DNA of 64,000 nucleotides from Nanobdellota archaeon (GTDB lineage Archaea; Nanobdellota; Nanobdellia; Parvarchaeales; Parvarchaeaceae): NCBI GenBank assembly GCA_021807125.1, contig JAKAPK010000001.1, positions 251,079 to 315,078 of the forward strand, read 5' to 3'. Shown piece by piece: positions 62,021 to 64,000 of this stretch (position 1 is its first letter; each line of letters starts with the position of its first letter). The notes under the pieces were generated by a model. It saw only the letters and a program-made list of their open reading frames with translations, ran no database searches and was not told where the DNA came from. The position numbers and the translations under genes were made by a program.

Positions 62021-62449
62021 TTAACGTCTTGTCATTCCGCTAATGTTTTCTATTGAGCGATAATTATTGTGTATTCCAACCATATCCTCTAATTCCCTGT
62101 ACCATGTACCGAATCTTTGTATGTACTCCTCGCCAAGCACTTTTCTGGCCTTCAAGAACTTCGCGTAATTTCCCTTCGTACGAAAATCATAAGATGGAAC
62201 ATGCCTTACGTGGTATTTCAACTTACCTAATGTGGTATTCTTGTCATTTACTAGTGAAATCAAGCCATTGTACCAGTCGACTGTACTATCAAGAGTGTTA
62301 TTCAAAAGTTCATTTGCATGGTGGTAAGCCCTATCCTTCTCCGGAGACTGGTGAGAATAAGTTGGAACGTCGTCAAGCAACTTCAACAATTCATTTCTGG
62401 CGTTTTGGGTCAACAATTTTGACAATACGTTCTTCGCCATATGATTCAC
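62021..62449 (-). CDS. Hypothetical protein (start possibly 62440, MAKNVLSKLL)
   Basis: About 140-aa ORF with TTTATA upstream. Confidence 0.6.
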   Translation of the reverse strand: MNHMAKNVLSKLLTQNARNELLKLLDDVPTYSHQSPEKDRAYHHANELLNNTLDSTVDWYNGLISLVNDKNTTLGKLKYHVRHVPSYDFRTKGNYAKFLKARKVLGEEYIQRFGTWYRELEDMVGIHNNYRSIENISGMTRR

Positions 62450-62573
62450 AGAATCTTTATACTATAAATATCTATTGTTATTCTGAATTAGTCTTTCATG
62501 CAATCGACTGCAGCTGATAGGGTAAATTTTTACTGCAGTTTATGTTCAATAAGATTTTAAAATACTGGCTATA

Positions 62574-62711
62574 TTATAACCACCACTCTATAAGTCGGAT
62601 ATAATTATTCAGTCTGTACAGCAGCGCGGTGACTATCACTATTATAAGGATTGCCCAGCCGTAAGTCATCATGTACTCTAATGAAGACTGTGATAACTTA
62701 TCGGTATTCAT
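62574..62711 (-). pseudogene. Stub of a fourth class III signal-peptide protein (45 aa)
   Basis: Manual translation MNTDKLSQSSLEYMMTYGWAILIIVIVTALLYRLNNYIRLIEWWL*; its signal peptide is nearly identical to that of 42701. Confidence 0.7.
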
Positions 62712-62844
62712 AAAAAAAGATATACTATGATACTTTAAAACTTTGCAGAACTAAAGCCTTGAAAATAAGATGCTGTTTATTCCTTTTTATGAAGTTTAAA
62801 AGGAGGGTAAAAAGCATTATATGGCATAAAACCGTAGGAATAAA

Positions 62845-63657
62845 ATGGAAAATGATAAGTCTGAATCGGCAAGAGAAATAATAAATGGACTGGAATACCA
62901 CTGGCTAAAACCTTGGGAAGAGATAGAAAAAAGAAAAGTTATTCTTACTGGCGCTAATGAACCGATTATAAAACTTCTGGCGGAATCTCCGCTTCCTACT
63001 GAATACGGTGATTGGACATACTTAGTATTTGGAGACTATACCAGCGGGGAGATACATGAGGTAATTGTTTATGGTGATATGGAAAAGGGTTCTCTTGGAA
63101 ACGGAGAAGATGTGATACTCAGAGTACACTCTGCTTGCAAGAGCAGCGAGTTGTTCCATGCAATAAACTGCGAGTGCAGAGAAGAATTAGAGAAAGCCAT
63201 GGATCTCATAAAAAAGAAAGGCAGGGGCATCGTAATATATCTTATGCAGGAAGGCGGCGGAGCAGGTTTAAAGGCTAAAGTTGACGTATACCATGAACTT
63301 TTCGAATGGAAGAACAATAAAATAAAACTTGCTATAGATCCGGAGACTGGCGAAAGCTTCAGTATATTTAAACTGTATCAGAAATTGGGTTACAAACAGG
63401 ATAGCCGTTCACTCGCCGTCGCAGTCGCTATATTGAAGTCGCTGGGTATAAAGTCCGTAAAGCTGTTGACAAACAACCCTAAAAAAGTGCAGGATCTTGT
63501 TGACGGAGGTATAAAGACGGAGCCTTTAGGACTACATATAAAACCAGCTAACGAGATGGTTGCTAGGATACTCAAAGCAAAGGCAGAGGATAGGGGACAT
63601 TCCATAAATAAAAAGCATATCAGAGTTGAAAATAAAAACGGCAGGAAAAAGAAATAG
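62845..63657 (+). CDS. ribA: GTP cyclohydrolase II-like protein
   Basis: 'LPTEYG', 'RVHSAC...NCEC', 'YLMQEG', 'LLTNNPKK'. Confidence 0.82.
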   Translation: MENDKSESAREIINGLEYHWLKPWEEIEKRKVILTGANEPIIKLLAESPLPTEYGDWTYLVFGDYTSGEIHEVIVYGDMEKGSLGNGEDVILRVHSACKSSELFHAINCECREELEKAMDLIKKKGRGIVIYLMQEGGGAGLKAKVDVYHELFEWKNNKIKLAIDPETGESFSIFKLYQKLGYKQDSRSLAVAVAILKSLGIKSVKLLTNNPKKVQDLVDGGIKTEPLGLHIKPANEMVARILKAKAEDRGHSINKKHIRVENKNGRKKK

Positions 63658-63688
63658 TCGTTAAATATTATAAAGATTAATCTAAATT

Positions 63689-64000
63689 ATGAAAGTAAAG
63701 GAAGGAGATAGATTTCCTGACTTCTCCGTTAATGATGATGAAGGCAACAATGTTACATTGGATGCTATAAAGGGAAAGACAACAGTAATATATTTTTATC
63801 CTAAAGACGACACGCCTGGCTGCACTAAAGAAGCTTGTAACTTCAGGGACGACTTAGAAAAATTCAAAACTTGCGGCGTACCTATATATGGCGTAAGTGT
63901 CGATAGTTTAGAATCCCATAAAAAGTTTAAAAAAAAGTATAATCTTGATTTCCCTCTGTTGAGCGATAAAGAAAAGAAACTGGTAGAAGAATTAGGGATT
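63689..64000 (+). CDS. bcp: Peroxiredoxin Bcp (runs off the window end)
   Basis: Manual translation 'YFYPKDDTPGCTKEACNFRD', 'GVSVDS', 'FPLLSD'. Confidence 0.92.
   Translation, partial: MKVKEGDRFPDFSVNDDEGNNVTLDAIKGKTTVIYFYPKDDTPGCTKEACNFRDDLEKFKTCGVPIYGVSVDSLESHKKFKKKYNLDFPLLSDKEKKLVEELGI

Overview
Chromosomal segment of a small-genome, AT-rich archaeon, most consistent with an acidophilic DPANN lineage such as Ca. Parvarchaeota/ARMAN. This taxonomy is inferred from gene content, a divergent stand-alone 16S rRNA gene and mostly leaderless TATA-ATG spacing; it was not verified by search. About 1-31.9 kb is largely housekeeping: ychF, flippase, cupin PGI, aglB, cmk, cbf5, rpo4, rpl21e, aspS-gatCAB, trmY, 16S rRNA, nrdJ, rpo11, sec11, glycogen debranching enzyme, grpE-dnaK-dnaJ and three tRNAs. 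About 32-64 kb is increasingly accessory: class III signal-peptide adhesin-like proteins, GNATs, a kinase, two ADP-ribosyltransferase-like paralogs, two HExxH metallopeptidases, two transglutaminase-like paralogs, an MccF-like peptidase, and decayed MNT-HEPN and Mrr genes. Strongest observations: (1) cbf5 is split at its catalytic Asp codon by a 12-nt bulge-helix-bulge mRNA intron; (2) a tRNA-Leu with an A34 (AAG) anticodon; (3) many orphan or toxin-like ORFs share a short N-terminal [STND]-L-E-x-[LIVM] motif, a candidate export or effector tag; (4) an unannotated 27-aa Cys-rich micropeptide; (5) a modular pilin-like adhesin family. No CRISPR array, reverse transcriptase, integrase or intact transposase was seen.
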